A stretch of 61,999 bases of DNA, filler included, from Basidiobolus ranarum (Eukaryota): the NCBI GenBank assembly GCA_040143965.1. It is 3 parts of 3 records of this genome, joined end to end, with 100 filler letters (N's around TTAATTAATTAA, not from the genome) between each part and the next. Parts side by side here need not be neighbours in the genome. Positions count along the whole stretch, not along the records: positions 20,758 to 41,352 come from JASJQH010000224.1; 2 more parts are not named here. One strand, written 5' to 3'. Made by a program: the position numbers and the translations under genes. Position 1 is the stretch's first letter. Each line of letters starts with the position of its first letter. A model generated the notes under the pieces. The model saw nothing but the letters and a program-made list of their open reading frames with translations. It did no database searches and was not told the DNA's origin. This document shows, in pieces, positions 26,659-38,882 of the stretch.

Positions 26659-27822
26659 TTAGCTATCTATATTCGTTGGAGCCCACCAGTTATAGAAGGT
26701 TTCTGGCGAAGTCTCACTTGTGTTGGGCGGGACCTGGGGGTAATCTGAGAGGGATGTTTGAAGAGGTGTTCCCGAGAATAGATAGGAGGATGATCTTGAT
26801 AACTCAGAATCTTCAAACTGTAGAGGAGCCGAGATTTGAGAAGGTAGAACTTGTGTACTTTCAGTTGAGAGTAATGAAGTCACAGGAGGCCATCGAGAAC
26901 TGTCACAAGAAGGTAAAATAGCTGGGTGTGCATTCAGAAATTCACTATTTTGAAACTTAGTTCTCGAAGTTGAAAAGGTGTCCGGTCCTAAATTTGGTAT
27001 AAACCTGACTGTAGAGTTTCTCGTTTTTGCAAGAGCTGTGTTTTGTAATTGCCAAGCAATCTCCTCTAATAAACCGCGTTCCAAAGTCAACTTTTCACAG
27101 TTCTGACATTTCTCCGGATGGCGAGTTTGGAAATCACACTGACTCTTACTTGTCTCAAAGAATTCATGTTGTGGTATGAGCCTGTTCTCTGTAGTAGGCT
27201 CTTCCGTATAATCATTTAGACTACAGTTATCACTCGATAAGTCTTCTACTGAAGTCTCCAAGCATGGTGTTTCAGCAACTGTATCAGAAAATAGGATATT
27301 TGGAGGATTGATGGTTGTTTCCGATACGAGGGGTTTTACTATCTGTCTTGTTATTAGGTGTAGTAGGTCAGGCCGATTCTGACGGAAGTTTGGATGAGCA
27401 AAGGCTGAAGTTGAGTGATTTGTTGAGGCTTTTCCTCGTCTTGCATCTGATATCCTCCGAAAATCATATTTCTTTTGTAAATGAAGAATGAGCGATTCCA
27501 TAGGTTATGTTAGAACACAATATAAATAAACTTACGTTAAGTTGTCTGACAAAAGATGTGAATATTGAAGTCTTGAAATAGATAGGAAGTACTACAGTTG
27601 CGAAGAGCCCACTATCTTGGATGACAAAACAATCCCCCGTTGCACTCCAGCGAATGAAACGAACATATTTGCCACTCTCAAGTATTCTAAATAACCTCAA
27701 TGAGTATTGGTTATGGTTTGTGAAATAGTCTATCTTACTGACCTGTAAAGCTTCGACACAAACAAAGAAATGGCTTGTGAGGAGGCATCGTGCAGAGAGT
27801 CAGTAGAGGAATCATCGTCCAT
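26659..27822 (-). CDS. HSF-type DNA-binding domain transcription factor
   Basis: Three exons splice to FVSKLYRILES..IRWSATGDCFVI..LPIYFKTSIFTSFVRQLN|KYDFRR..FAHPNFRQNRPDLLHLITR, followed by a Ser/Pro-rich tail. Confidence 0.88.
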
Positions 27823-29325
27823 CGAAGAAAGAAGTTCAGATAAAACAGTGAACCTCCCACTGGCAGGCTATATTAATTACATGTCAAGTGCAAGGATCGT
27901 CAATTGATCTACACGCAGAACAAAGGAAGTGAACAATGGGTCCGTTATTAGTTGATCATAATAGCTAAATAGCCAACCAATATGGTAAATAAGCCACCCG
28001 ATGCGAAAACAGCCCCATTGGCACAACTGCAATCAAAATGTGAGAAATAGATTAAGAGTCTCGTAAATCAGGAAATATATATGAGTTCTGAAATATACAC
28101 TAGTGTTTGTTTGCGGATTGGGTAATATGGGAGTTGTTGCTTCCAACTGTCGTGACCTAACTATTAGTGAGATTAGTGATTCTTTCGCGGACAAAGTCAT
28201 TAGCAAGAAAAGAGGAAGGTTTATTATTAGAGATATATCAATTCGTGGCATACATTTACACAAAGGTTGTTGCATTTTTACATAGGGCTTTTGGTACTGT
28301 TATCCCTCAAAGTGGAGAATTAGAATGCGGATAGCAACGAGTAAATTATTTCACGTCTCTCCTCGGAATCGATTGGCGCGGCTGATGGAGTGATGGTTGG
28401 GTTTGGCTTGGTCTTTGTTTTAGAAATGTTCCCTCTAGTGGAGGCAAAGACTCGACGAAATACGTTTGTGGTCCAGGAATTCATGATTAAGAATGGTAAC
28501 TTAGGGTTAGACTACCTAAGAAGACTGACTGCAGCTCTTTTTAAAGACATGGAGTTCAAAGATATATCCAGTATGTGCGTAAATCGCAAGGAAATGAGTA
28601 ATCTGGCCAGAATGTCGTGCTCATGTCTACTCTAGACTGCGAAATCTAGCCCCAACCTCGCCATTTTTGGAGTCTATTTTAATCTCTTAATTGGGGGTTG
28701 CGAAATGAACTACAAGAATCACGAGCCTTAAAGAACTGTCTAGACTGAATACACAAAATATGTCTAATGCTCCATTTCAATTAAATATGCCACTTTGTTG
28801 TTGATATCCCATCCGTGGCGTATGCTCTACAGTGCTTAGCAAAGAATAGTATGCATACAATTTAATAAGTAATATTTACAGACAAGAGCTTCAACATATA
28901 ACTATCAGCAAATGAGTAAAGTAATGAACCATCATAGAATAAGTAATGTATCCACCACCTCTTGCTTGTCGTCAATGGAGGAGTAGGCTGATGTTGGCTT
29001 GGCAAGAGTTGTAGCTGCTAGAGCGGCAGTTTTACTTGTAGGAGTTGTATTGTTAGCCGTACGACGAAGAACCTGTGAAATCCAAGTGAGCATGATTCGA
29101 ATATTAATTAATATGTCAGTGAGATATGTGCTTCATATATATGCCAACCAATATAGCTTTCCGCTTTCCTGAAATCTTTACAATAACTTACGTTAGCTTG
29201 GGCTCGGAAAAAGGTCACGCGAGTCACTCAATTTGTACTAATGAATTGTGTTCATTCGTCTCACCTCTGTACTGTGGCTGATTCACACACTTTTTTATCA
29301 CGTGCTATTCGAGGGTCCTTGTCAC

Positions 29326-29435
29326 GGGTTAGGGATGATTATTCAGTACCAGCCCTAACCCTAACCAGTACCTAACCCTGACTACAGATCCCAACCATAA
29401 CCATAATTTTCAGTTCTAACCGTGATCCTAACCCC
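29326..29435. repeat. Interstitial telomere-like (CCCTAA/TTAGGG) degenerate cluster
   Basis: GGGTTAGGG at 29326, CCCTAACCCTAACC at 29353, CCTAACCCT at 29371, degenerate CCATAA/CTAACC/CCTAACCCC units to ~29434. Confidence 0.6.
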
Positions 29436-29877
29436 AATAGCTTATTCTAAAAATAAGATTCAAACCCACTCATAATGCACAGTTTCAGGTGCCGTATTCG
29501 TGAGATTATGTAAAAGTTCCAAGTTGAGCCTGAATTCATGTGATAATAAAAAAGAAATACTCGCGAATAATAAATATAACAGGAAATAATAAATAACAGG
29601 AGATGTTTCTTCATGACACAAGATCGATTATTGCACTTGTCACAAAGGGTGAGGTGAGGTGAATAAAGTCCCATCTGAAGAGTGAGACATCGAAGGCAAG
29701 TAATTCTTCGCTTATGTTTCTTGAAGACTTGATTGTTTGCTCCCCTCAAATTATTATTCTCAAGGTTTTTCTTATCTGTTGAGAAAACAATACTCACCCA
29801 TACACTTGTATTCTCGGTATTGAAAAAATCCTGTCTTTTATTATCCGAAAATTCCCTTTAAAATAGTATAGATATTC

Positions 29878-30867
29878 ATGTCGTTTGCTTCTTTCGAGGA
29901 TCCTGAGCCAGGATTTCAAGTTGAGGCTTCTTGTAAACCTCAACCGCTGGATAGTGAAGCTATTCGTTCATACCCTATTGTTGCAACCTCTCCTCAAGCG
30001 TGGAGAAAAGAAGAAGGTGCCCGAATTACACCTGAGGTGAGTGATGACGACGAAATCAGTGTCCCTAAAACTCCACAGGAAAACGAAACAAATCAACTAG
30101 AAGTCTTTAAAGCCGAATTTGTCACTATAAAAAATGGACCAACAAATATCCAGGGAACTGGCTCTATCATGGAGAATGAATATAGTAGAGATGAACCAAA
30201 CATGGAGGGATATGTTTCGACTGCTGATTCAGTATCTACCTTACAAAGTACCAAGTTACGTTATACTAATAGGCATGATGTAGCAAATAGAAATAATCGT
30301 TTTGCAAGAGGAGTAAAGAGTAATCTTGTAGATAGATCATCACACCAGAACATGGACAAAACTCTTACAGCAACTTCCGAACACACAGACGATGGGCTTT
30401 CAGTAGTTCTTAACTCAGCCAACCATTTACTGCAAGCATTTTTAGTGCTTTTCAAAACCAATCAAACCGCTTTCTTAGCAACAGCAGGTTGGCATTTAAT
30501 AGTTGGCTATTCTCTAGCTAAAACTGGAGCCACTACACTCTTAACAAATACACATCTACCATTCGGTGCTGACCAGTTGAATCCAACCACATTGCTTGTC
30601 ACGAAATTTGCGGGTACAATGAATCTACCCTGGACATTTCTAGCGTTGATGGGATTTCGCATGAAGGACCTATCCTCTCAAAAGATTCTTCTTTTGACCT
30701 TTGCACTTGCCTCACTCATGCAACTTCGCTTTCATATCAAATATCTATCCAACCGCCAGCAATGGAAATATATTTTCTCAAGTCATAATATGAGCTCAGC
30801 CACAGTAGCATTAATCAACTTGGGATGCTATGTCTCATCGGTCAGAAGAAGCGGTCGTTTACTCTGA
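29878..30867 (+). CDS. Hypothetical membrane protein (disordered N-terminus, ~4 C-terminal hydrophobic helices)
   Basis: 329-aa ATG ORF. No family recognised. Confidence 0.65.
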   Translation: MSFASFEDPEPGFQVEASCKPQPLDSEAIRSYPIVATSPQAWRKEEGARITPEVSDDDEISVPKTPQENETNQLEVFKAEFVTIKNGPTNIQGTGSIMENEYSRDEPNMEGYVSTADSVSTLQSTKLRYTNRHDVANRNNRFARGVKSNLVDRSSHQNMDKTLTATSEHTDDGLSVVLNSANHLLQAFLVLFKTNQTAFLATAGWHLIVGYSLAKTGATTLLTNTHLPFGADQLNPTTLLVTKFAGTMNLPWTFLALMGFRMKDLSSQKILLLTFALASLMQLRFHIKYLSNRQQWKYIFSSHNMSSATVALINLGCYVSSVRRSGRLL

Positions 30868-31261
30868 GAGTAAAAATAACACTCCATATCATACTACGCA
30901 TCTTTAATTCAACTAGCCATTAGAAAGAAAATCCCAGTTTCGCTTCACCAAATCTACACATGCTTTCCCTTTACCTCTATACAATCTGATCACCATGTTT
31001 ATTATCCAAGAACCTTTCTTTCACTAAATAAATAGAAAGTTATTCTATCAGCCAGTCAGTTTGATTAAATAAAATCCCGGACAATGGTGGGAGAATTCTA
31101 AGATCGAACTATTGGTTCAAGGTACACAAATTTAGAAATTTCACATGCAACTCTCGGTTTAGCACTATAACTTTCAAGGAATTTACAACTTCAGCGCATA
31201 TTATATTTGCACTCTACAAAACAACTCCTTCTTTAGTGTCCGGCAAGGAGAAAAAATAACC

Positions 31262-32676
31262 ATGTCAGTGAAAAGTTCTTCCGGCTCTATACTTAATAGT
31301 ATGGATAACTTGTACTTGAAAATTAACGAACCCCAGAGACCCTCTACCGTCCTGTCCATCTGGGAGTTTTCTGAACCGTTGGATAGGAATAAAGTACTTG
31401 AACAACATAGACATTTGGTTGAAAATTTCCCGAAATTTCGTCAGGTCATAAGAGACGAAGCTCGGTTTAGAAAGGTCTGGACTAATTATGAAGAGTTTCA
31501 GCTTGAAGAGCACGTAGAGTGGGTTACTCTAGAAAACTCCAGTAAAAAAGAAGTGGCCGAGTTCGCTTCCGAAATCTACTCACGCGAATTCGACCTTAGA
31601 AAGCCTTTGTGGCAAACGCACATCATAGAAGGCTTGGAGAATGGTGGTTGTGTAGTTATTGGTAGGCGAATAGTATTGTAATCACCTTCATTGAAGCAAA
31701 AATTGATTATTTCATTTTCTTCTTAGTTCGTGCACATCATGCAATGAGTGATGGTATCGGTTTCATTTATTGTTTATTAAGCGTCACCTCAGCTGGTCCT
31801 GAACTCCGATATAGTTCCAAGTCACATGCCGTCTCGGGTAATCTCCATACTTCACCCGTACGTGACGGTTTGGACAGAATTATGAAAGCATTGATGGGGA
31901 TCCTTGGGTTCGTATATATGTTATTGTGGGAGCTTGTACAGATGTCACAGGTTGCAGTATTCCAAAGAAAATCACTGCAACCGGTGGATGGAGAGCCAGT
32001 CAAGAAAACGATCTACTGGTCAGAGGATATGTCCCTCGAGGAGATCAAGTTTATTCGACGAGCTTACAATGCCACCGTCAATGATGTGCTAATAACAATA
32101 CTTAACTTGGCACTTCGTAATCATCTGCTTAGTGAAGGGAAATTACTTGATAAATCCTTCCTCTATATGATTCCCGTGAATCTTCGTAAGCCTGATGACT
32201 TTAACCCAGGAAATGAAATCGGTATCGCTTTCTTTCCAGTCGACATTGACTCCTCCGATCCTGCAAAACTAATCAACCAAATCCACTCACGGTCCGAGAT
32301 GATGAAGCGCTCGATTGAACCATGGGTGGTGCGCTGGGTCGTAGCCCCTTTAGTTCATTCGAGTGATTACTGTAAATCGCTAGTTCAATGGTCTATGGCA
32401 AAATGTCACGCTATCCTGACTAACGTGCCAGGTCCTAGCAAGGAAATCTCTTTCTCGGGGAAACCCATTCAACGTTATATCGCCGTACCTCCTACTCCAG
32501 GTCCTGGAGCGTTAGGGCTAGGTATTTTAAGCTATAATAACAAAGTGGTTATCTCTTGCGTTACAGATGATACTGAGGAATTCCAAGGAATTGCTGAGGG
32601 AGTCACTCAACAAGTTCAACTGGAATTTGAGAACTTCCTCAAACATGCTCGTTTGAACAGTCTTTCAGACCAATGA
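31262..32676 (+). CDS. Wax ester synthase/diacylglycerol acyltransferase (WS/DGAT, AtfA/WSD1 family)
   Basis: Intron 31662-31726 joins the exons to give VRAHHAMSDG (HHxxxDG). Also FDLRKPLWQTHIIEGL, ATVNDVL, PVNLR, GNEIG, TNVPGP, ILSYN. Confidence 0.92.
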
Positions 32677-33023
32677 TTTGAATATTTCTTCCATCGTTAG
32701 AAGTCTTCCAAGTCGTTGAATGGGATATACCTACTTTATCTCGTACATAAATAAACTTGTGAAAAATACTGTTTATTTAGCGAATTGATGAAATAATTTA
32801 CAAATAATTCAACGTTGCTTCTACAATGATTCGAAGTGTAGTAGAAATCTAGTTCCGTAAAGATCGATTCAAAGACAGGAGAAAAAGTGAAGTCATGGCA
32901 ACAAGTACATGTATTGAGTATAACTAGGTGCAATAAAAAAACGATGGCAAAGAATAAATAAATTTACATAACTGATGGTACAAAAGGTGAAAAAAGCCTA
33001 GTAATCCAATCAACTTCAAGTCG

Positions 33024-33518
33024 TTATGCCTTTATAGTTAGCGGTCCAGTGACCAGCTTCTTGTGAGTATGGCGCGTTTTTAACTCAAGATAGTAGTCGT
33101 TACCCACTCCAAATTGAGGATATATATAAGTGGAAAATTTGGTCTGACCAGCCGGTACTCCTGAGGCAAGTAATGTTCGTTTTCCATATTTTACTTGTCT
33201 AGTCTTTCGAACCAGCATTATGTCTACCAAGTCGCTCGGTTCTGAAAAGGGAAATCGAAAGGATTAGGAAAGAGTCAATCATAACCTCTACGTATTTCTT
33301 AATAAGCTACCTAAATCATCGTCAGACCAGGATATATGTACTAGTTGGTTTTGTAAAAGTGGAGATTCCGGTGTGGGAGAGAGAAGACGAGAGCCTAAGA
33401 AGGTCTAAGTGAGTTGTATGGAATTGACTTAAAAAGAGTTAAAGGAATTACCTGTGGAGCTAGTAATCCAGCCTAAGAAGGTGCATGAGAAGAACCACAT
33501 TAAAGTAACGTTATCCAT
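33024..33518 (-). CDS. Small putatively secreted protein, possibly Kre9/KNH-like Ig-type domain
   Basis: Exons 33518-33452, 33394-33311, 33241-33024 splice in frame: MDNVTLMWFFSCTFLGWITSSTGSRLLSPTPESPLLQNQLVHISWSDDDLEPSDLVDIML..LLASGVPA..YYLEL..TGPLTIKA. Confidence 0.6.
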
Positions 33519-34140
33519 AGCTTGGTAAGAATGCTTCAATGAATAATATGGTACAAAAATCTACTAATGAACAGTACCAAAGGAGAGGCAGAAGATATTT
33601 ATTGCACAAAAATTATGAAGCTGTAAGATGTCAGGTCGAGCACCTACTACGGAATGAAAAGGAGGCAGTAATGGATTAGGGAATGTCTGAGACTGTAATT
33701 ATATACTCCCAGTCACAAATCCATTAAGATCAAAAAACATTATTGACACAGCTCAACCCATGACTGATACTTACTGGTGCGACAAAGACCAGTAGGAAAC
33801 CACATTAGAGGTCACTAGATGCCATTATGTTGTTAGCTGACGTATGAAGATCATCAGTATGCCTCCGAGAAGTGATGAAACCGACGCAGGATATATGCAT
33901 ATGAGATCACCAAGACCTTAAACATGAATAATCTTACAAGATCCAATATATCTGTTCCGAATCATTTCATTCTAGTACATATATTACATATCAATTATGT
34001 TACGCTAGATGTTGCGCTTGAATTCATCAAAATCACTTTTTTTCTTCATTGTATAGCTAACCATGATATTCCAACAACACAACTTTATCAAATAAGGTTT
34101 TGTAGCTCGGCCAAATTGAGTTCACAGTTAACTACTAATC

Positions 34141-36027
34141 ATGACGAAAATCCAAATCACTCCCTTGGGAGCTGGCCAAGATGTCGGACGTAGTTGTATT
34201 CTTTTATCTATGGGTGGTAAAAATATCATGTTCGATTGTGGAATGCACATGGGATACAACGATGAACGTAGATTCCCAGACTTTAGTTACCTTTCAAAAA
34301 CCGGGAAATTTACTGAAGCCTTGGATTGTGTTATTATCAGTCATTTCCACTTGGATCATTGTGGTGCACTCCCTCATTTTACTGGGATTTGTGGCTATGA
34401 TGGACCTATTTATATGACCCACCCAACTAAAGCTATCTGTCCTATATTGTTGGAGGATTATAGAAAAATCACTGTCGAAAGAAAAGGAGAAACGAATTTT
34501 TTCACTTCCCAAATGATCAAGGATTGTATGAAGAAAGTCATAGCCTTGAACTTACATGAAACCGCTTACGTGGATGACGAACTTGAAATCAAACCATATT
34601 ATGCTGGACATGTACTAGGAGCAGCCATGTTCTATGTGCGTGTCGGTGAGCAATCAGTTGTTTATACGGGTGATTATAATATGACCCCGGATCGTCACTT
34701 GGGCTCAGCCTGGATAGACAAGTGTAGACCAGACATTTTGATTACTGAGACTACCTACGCTACGACTATACGTGACTCTAAAAGATCTCGTGAACGAGAT
34801 TTTCTTCAAAAGGTGCATGATTGTGTTTCTCAAGGAGGAAATGTGATCATTCCCGTATTTGCACTAGGAAGAGCTCAAGAGTTGTGCATCTTGATTGAAA
34901 CCTACTGGGAACGCATGGATTTAAAAGTCCCAGTGTATTTCTCGGCTGGTTTGACTGAACGTGCAAACGAATACTACAAACTGTTTATCAACTGGACGAA
35001 TCAAAAGATCAAAAGTACATTTACTCAAAGAAACATGTTTGATTTTAAACATATCAAACCATGGGAACGCTCTTATATGGATCAACCGGGACCGATGGTA
35101 CTGTTCGCCACACCAGGCATGTTACATATCGGTACATCTCTCGAAGTCTTCAAAAAGTGGGCCCCATTCGAGAAGAATATGGTCATTTTGCCAGGCTATT
35201 GTGTTGCTGGTACAGTTGGGGCTAAGGTTTTGGCTGGACAAAAGGTGATAGAGGTGGATAACTTCACTACTATTCACGTAAATTTACAAGTAAAGAACCT
35301 TTCATTCAGCGCACACGCAGATGCCAAAGGAATTATGCAGCTCATTCGTCAATGTGAGCCGAAGAATGTAATCTTGGTTCACGGAGAAAAATCCAAGATG
35401 GGATACTTGCAAACCAAAATCACTAAAGAATTTGGCATCTCTTGCTATTATCCAGCCAACGGCACCAGCTTGACCATCGAAACTGACAATGTAGCAACGG
35501 TAGACATATCAGTGGATCTGATGAAAAAGCACTTGGAAATGAGTCGCACTTTAACCACCAATCTATTTAATTCTTCGGACCCAGTGGAGCGTCAGTCAGC
35601 CATCAGTCAACTACGACCCAAACAGAAAGTACCTATTCAAGGGGTGCTTGTTTATAAAAAAGGAAAACCAGATCGATTGATTAGTCAAGAAGAGTTCGTT
35701 GACAACACCCAGGAGCATTCACATCAGCTATTCTTTGAATTGACCAAGGTCTTTGACCCATCTAAACTCTACACCTCCTCCGATATGGAATTAACCCAAG
35801 ACCCTAGCCTACGCGCCTTGGAAAAGGTCAGAGAAGCGTTGGTCACTGCACTGGGCAACACTATAAAAATAGAAACCACCGCAGAACTTAATGTCAAGAT
35901 AAGATCAATCGAAATATGCCCCACTAAGGATGCTCGAACCGATGCTTTGCTAGTATCCTGGTCGTTTGCTGATGAGGATCTTGCCAACAGAGTACTCTCA
36001 ATTATGAACTTCACCTTGTTACCATAG
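34141..36027 (+). CDS. INTS11: Integrator complex endonuclease subunit 11 (CPSF3L; metallo-beta-lactamase/beta-CASP)
   Basis: [65 protein letters not shown]. These match INTS11 signatures rather than CPSF73/Ysh1 (GAGQEVGRSC, DCGIHP). Confidence 0.92.
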   Translation: MTKIQITPLGAGQDVGRSCILLSMGGKNIMFDCGMHMGYNDERRFPDFSYLSKTGKFTEALDCVIISHFHLDHCGALPHFTGICGYDGPIYMTHPTKAICPILLEDYRKITVERKGETNFFTSQMIKDCMKKVIALNLHETAYVDDELEIKPYYAGHVLGAAMFYVRVGEQSVVYTGDYNMTPDRHLGSAWIDKCRPDILITETTYATTIRDSKRSRERDFLQKVHDCVSQGGNVIIPVFALGRAQELCILIETYWERMDLKVPVYFSAGLTERANEYYKLFINWTNQKIKSTFTQRNMFDFKHIKPWERSYMDQPGPMVLFATPGMLHIGTSLEVFKKWAPFEKNMVILPGYCVAGTVGAKVLAGQKVIEVDNFTTIHVNLQVKNLSFSAHADAKGIMQLIRQCEPKNVILVHGEKSKMGYLQTKITKEFGISCYYPANGTSLTIETDNVATVDISVDLMKKHLEMSRTLTTNLFNSSDPVERQSAISQLRPKQKVPIQGVLVYKKGKPDRLISQEEFVDNTQEHSHQLFFELTKVFDPSKLYTSSDMELTQDPSLRALEKVREALVTALGNTIKIETTAELNVKIRSIEICPTKDARTDALLVSWSFADEDLANRVLSIMNFTLLP

Positions 36028-36211
36028 TCAGTCTTCCAATACATGTATCTAGACAGATGTACCATAAACAGTCAACTCATTCACAATAGCTTTGTTATTT
36101 TTGGCCAATTAGAAACCTCAATTGGGATGTATGAAATATTGCTAGTTAATGAGTTGCAGATAGAAAAGGATAAAAAATCCATTATTTATTCGCTTTTTAA
36201 AATTCATTATT

Positions 36212-36917
36212 TTATTCGCTTATTTCACCGTCAGAGTCAGAATCGGAGTCATCACCAACCATATCATCGTGGCTCTAAATAAATCCAAACAACAGTTAAT
36301 AAAACCGCATTGCACTTAATATAAGGGAGTAAAAGGGATGCGTACCATATTTATGGCCAATTCTGCTTGTTGAAGCAAGGAGCGTAATTCTTGGAATCCG
36401 CGATCAACCATATCCACTGGCTTTTGACGCTGCTTGTTTAAGATTCTTGGGTCAGCATCGTGCTCAATAAGTAGTTGTACTATCTCTAACGTAACACTAG
36501 GGTCATCTTTATATGTTACGGCCATATGTAAAGGAGTGTCGAAACTGATGCGGTTTTGTTTGTCTACTTGAATTTCGGGTTGTTGGAGTAAAGAAGCTAT
36601 GCAGGAAAGAGCTCCAAACTTCGCACTATCGAAAGAAATAGGGAAGTAATTAAGTGGACATTCCAAATTCCCCTCGCCATACAATCAAGAAAATACCGAA
36701 AACTTACGCATAGTGCAGTCCAGTATTACCAAGCGAATCGACACAATTGATATTGAAAGTTCCGGGTTGATTCAAAACATCCTCTAACATATCCAAATGA
36801 TCGTTTTTGCAAGCAGCTAAAATTAGCTCATCTACAGAGAAAAATTAATCTTTTAATAGAAAAAGGATACTTCTGCAGTGTGAACTTACCACAACTAGCA
36901 CCTTCGTCGCCAGACAT
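36212..36917 (-). CDS. Small ankyrin-repeat protein with acidic tail
   Basis: Four exons: MSGDEGASC..LILAACKNDHLDML..DSLGNTGLHYA|AKFG..DTPLHMAV..DADPRILNK..AINM|SHDDMVGDDSDSDSDGEISE*. Confidence 0.85.
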
Positions 36918-37251
36918 TATTCTTTTCGAAACAACTGGTCAAAGTATAAAGTTGGAAGGAAGAACAAGATACGATTCCACGCCAAATTCCATCTTTTCAT
37001 CATTTCCTCGGACAGGGCTGCTGATGACAAAATTACGTCAACTAATCAAAAATTGGGAATATATATATTCATGTAAATGTGCATAAAATGCTAACGAAAC
37101 CACTGTTTACAGCCCGTGAACATCCAATTAGTCAAGTAAGATATAAAATAGGTTATCTAAAAGTATAAGACTGTGATAAGAACGATGTGAGGATTAGGGT
37201 AAGGGTAAGGGTCATTTAATAAATAAAAGATGGATTTATTTGATAAAACCT

Positions 37252-37725
37252 TTAAAACATGTTTGTCAATCCTGCTAGCAATAAACTAATACCACTCAAT
37301 AGAGTCAACGGTTCACGATAATGTGCTGAGTTTAGGATAGATGATTGCCTTGGATTCGCTCCATCAAAACTGCCTGTGCTAGAGGTAGAAGCTGGGCTGG
37401 TTATCGATGGTTCGGCAGCTAACAAGCTTGTTGGCACCAGAGGGCAATACTTCTGAACCTCAGCAGATTGAGGGTCAGATAACTTGGCAATGGTGGGGTC
37501 ACGAGTGCACGAGGATAAACACCGAAGAAGATTTTGCGCTTGGCGACAATTGCAAAAATTGTCGCTTGGGGGACAGTTAACCGAGAGAGCGTTACTACGG
37601 CACACAGAATATGTGGGAGCATCCTCACAGCCATTAATTGATGGGAGTTGGGGAAGATAATTCTCGGCAGCTAAGACAGCTCCAATGATTACGACAAATA
37701 GACACAAAATCCAATTAAACTTCAT
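37252..37725 (-). CDS. Secreted Cys-rich, Ser/Thr-rich, probably GPI-anchored cell-surface protein
   Basis: Signal peptide, 8-Cys domain, S/T-rich stalk, hydrophobic C-terminus. Confidence 0.75.
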   Translation of the reverse strand: MKFNWILCLFVVIIGAVLAAENYLPQLPSINGCEDAPTYSVCRSNALSVNCPPSDNFCNCRQAQNLLRCLSSCTRDPTIAKLSDPQSAEVQKYCPLVPTSLLAAEPSITSPASTSSTGSFDGANPRQSSILNSAHYREPLTLLSGISLLLAGLTNMF

Positions 37726-38234
37726 GACGACTACCAGATAAAGCTAGGAATAACTAAGATACGGTTTCGTAACTGAACAAGATTCAGCAAATGACACAAG
37801 ATATGGTATTTAGTAAACAAAACTTAGGAGCAGCCAAGACGCGAGATTTAGCACAAGATTTAAAGAAACGCTCAAGTCTGGGTGGAGATGAAATTCAATT
37901 ATTCAATGCGAAATGTAGCTAACTTAACGGATTTGAGAGTGAAGGAGTTAGCGGAATTTAAGAGGGATGTGCAGATCTCAGCATTTGAAGACATGAACTA
38001 TCCCTTAGGTACACCACCACCTACATCCGCTTTGCCCGTTCTTTTTGGCTTTTCACCTGCTTACTTCATTTCTACTTGCTTCTAAATACACCGATGCATC
38101 ATTAGGGCATTTATTTATTTATTTTATTACATAAACTCACTAATGAAATTGATCGAAATGATGAATGAACGAATTGCTGTTTATGGGAATATTTATATGG
38201 GTGCATGCTCTAATAGATCTAGGACATTAAGGCT

Positions 38235-38882
38235 CTATACGCTCTTCTTATTTTCGGACAAGATATTTGTTGTATTAGTACTAGCGTCTGGTGACAACTC
38301 GGGCGTCTCCTGGTGGCCAATGACCTTCTTCTCCGCCTCCTCAAACACAAAATCAACTGCTTTCTCTACGGAATGATCAAATAGATAAGGAAGGAAAGGA
38401 ACCACGGCAAGACCAAGAACAGTAGGGGTCCACACTCTGACTTTCTGGTTTTTGATGTTTTTAGCCATTACACCAGCATATCTCACTACTGAATGAATGG
38501 TAAATGCTGGTAATGCCATACTAGCAATGGACTGGAATACAGTTCGTTTTACGAGAGTAAGACCAACTGCGGTGTTGTCGTTACCAGCTAGTTTGGCCTT
38601 GTAACCTTCGTAAAATACATCAAAACCGATATAAAGCCAACTGATACCATAACAGCTACGAACTATCAGAGGATTCACGAGGGGGCGAAAAGCTTCACCA
38701 ACATCAGAGGTATATGCTAGGTAACGTGAACCTGCAGTAGCTAACGTTCTCAAACGAGCTGCGTAACCAAGGTAACGGAAATTACTTTCAACTGTATCAA
38801 CATTGCCCTCCTTCAATCCCTGGAGTAGCTGCTCATCTTCCTTGGTTTTCAGAGAAGTAGTAGATTCAGTTGGTTGACTCAT
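38235..38882 (-). CDS. MTFP1: Mitochondrial fission process protein 1 (MTP18)
   Basis: RYLAYTSDVGEAFRP, FQSIASMALPAFTIH, PTVLGLAVVPFLPYLFD. Confidence 0.9.
   Translation of the reverse strand: MSQPTESTTSLKTKEDEQLLQGLKEGNVDTVESNFRYLGYAARLRTLATAGSRYLAYTSDVGEAFRPLVNPLIVRSCYGISWLYIGFDVFYEGYKAKLAGNDNTAVGLTLVKRTVFQSIASMALPAFTIHSVVRYAGVMAKNIKNQKVRVWTPTVLGLAVVPFLPYLFDHSVEKAVDFVFEEAEKKVIGHQETPELSPDASTNTTNILSENKKSV

Noticed and set aside
2168-32676. Lipid gene cluster of FAS plus WS/DGAT
   Set aside because: The two genes are on different contigs separated by an artificial spacer.
33768-33800. ATACTTACTGG plus hairpin, resembling the U1 snRNA 5' end, upstream of INTS11
   Set aside because: It lacks one C of ATACTTACCTGG, and I see no U1 stem-loop I/II loops or Sm site.
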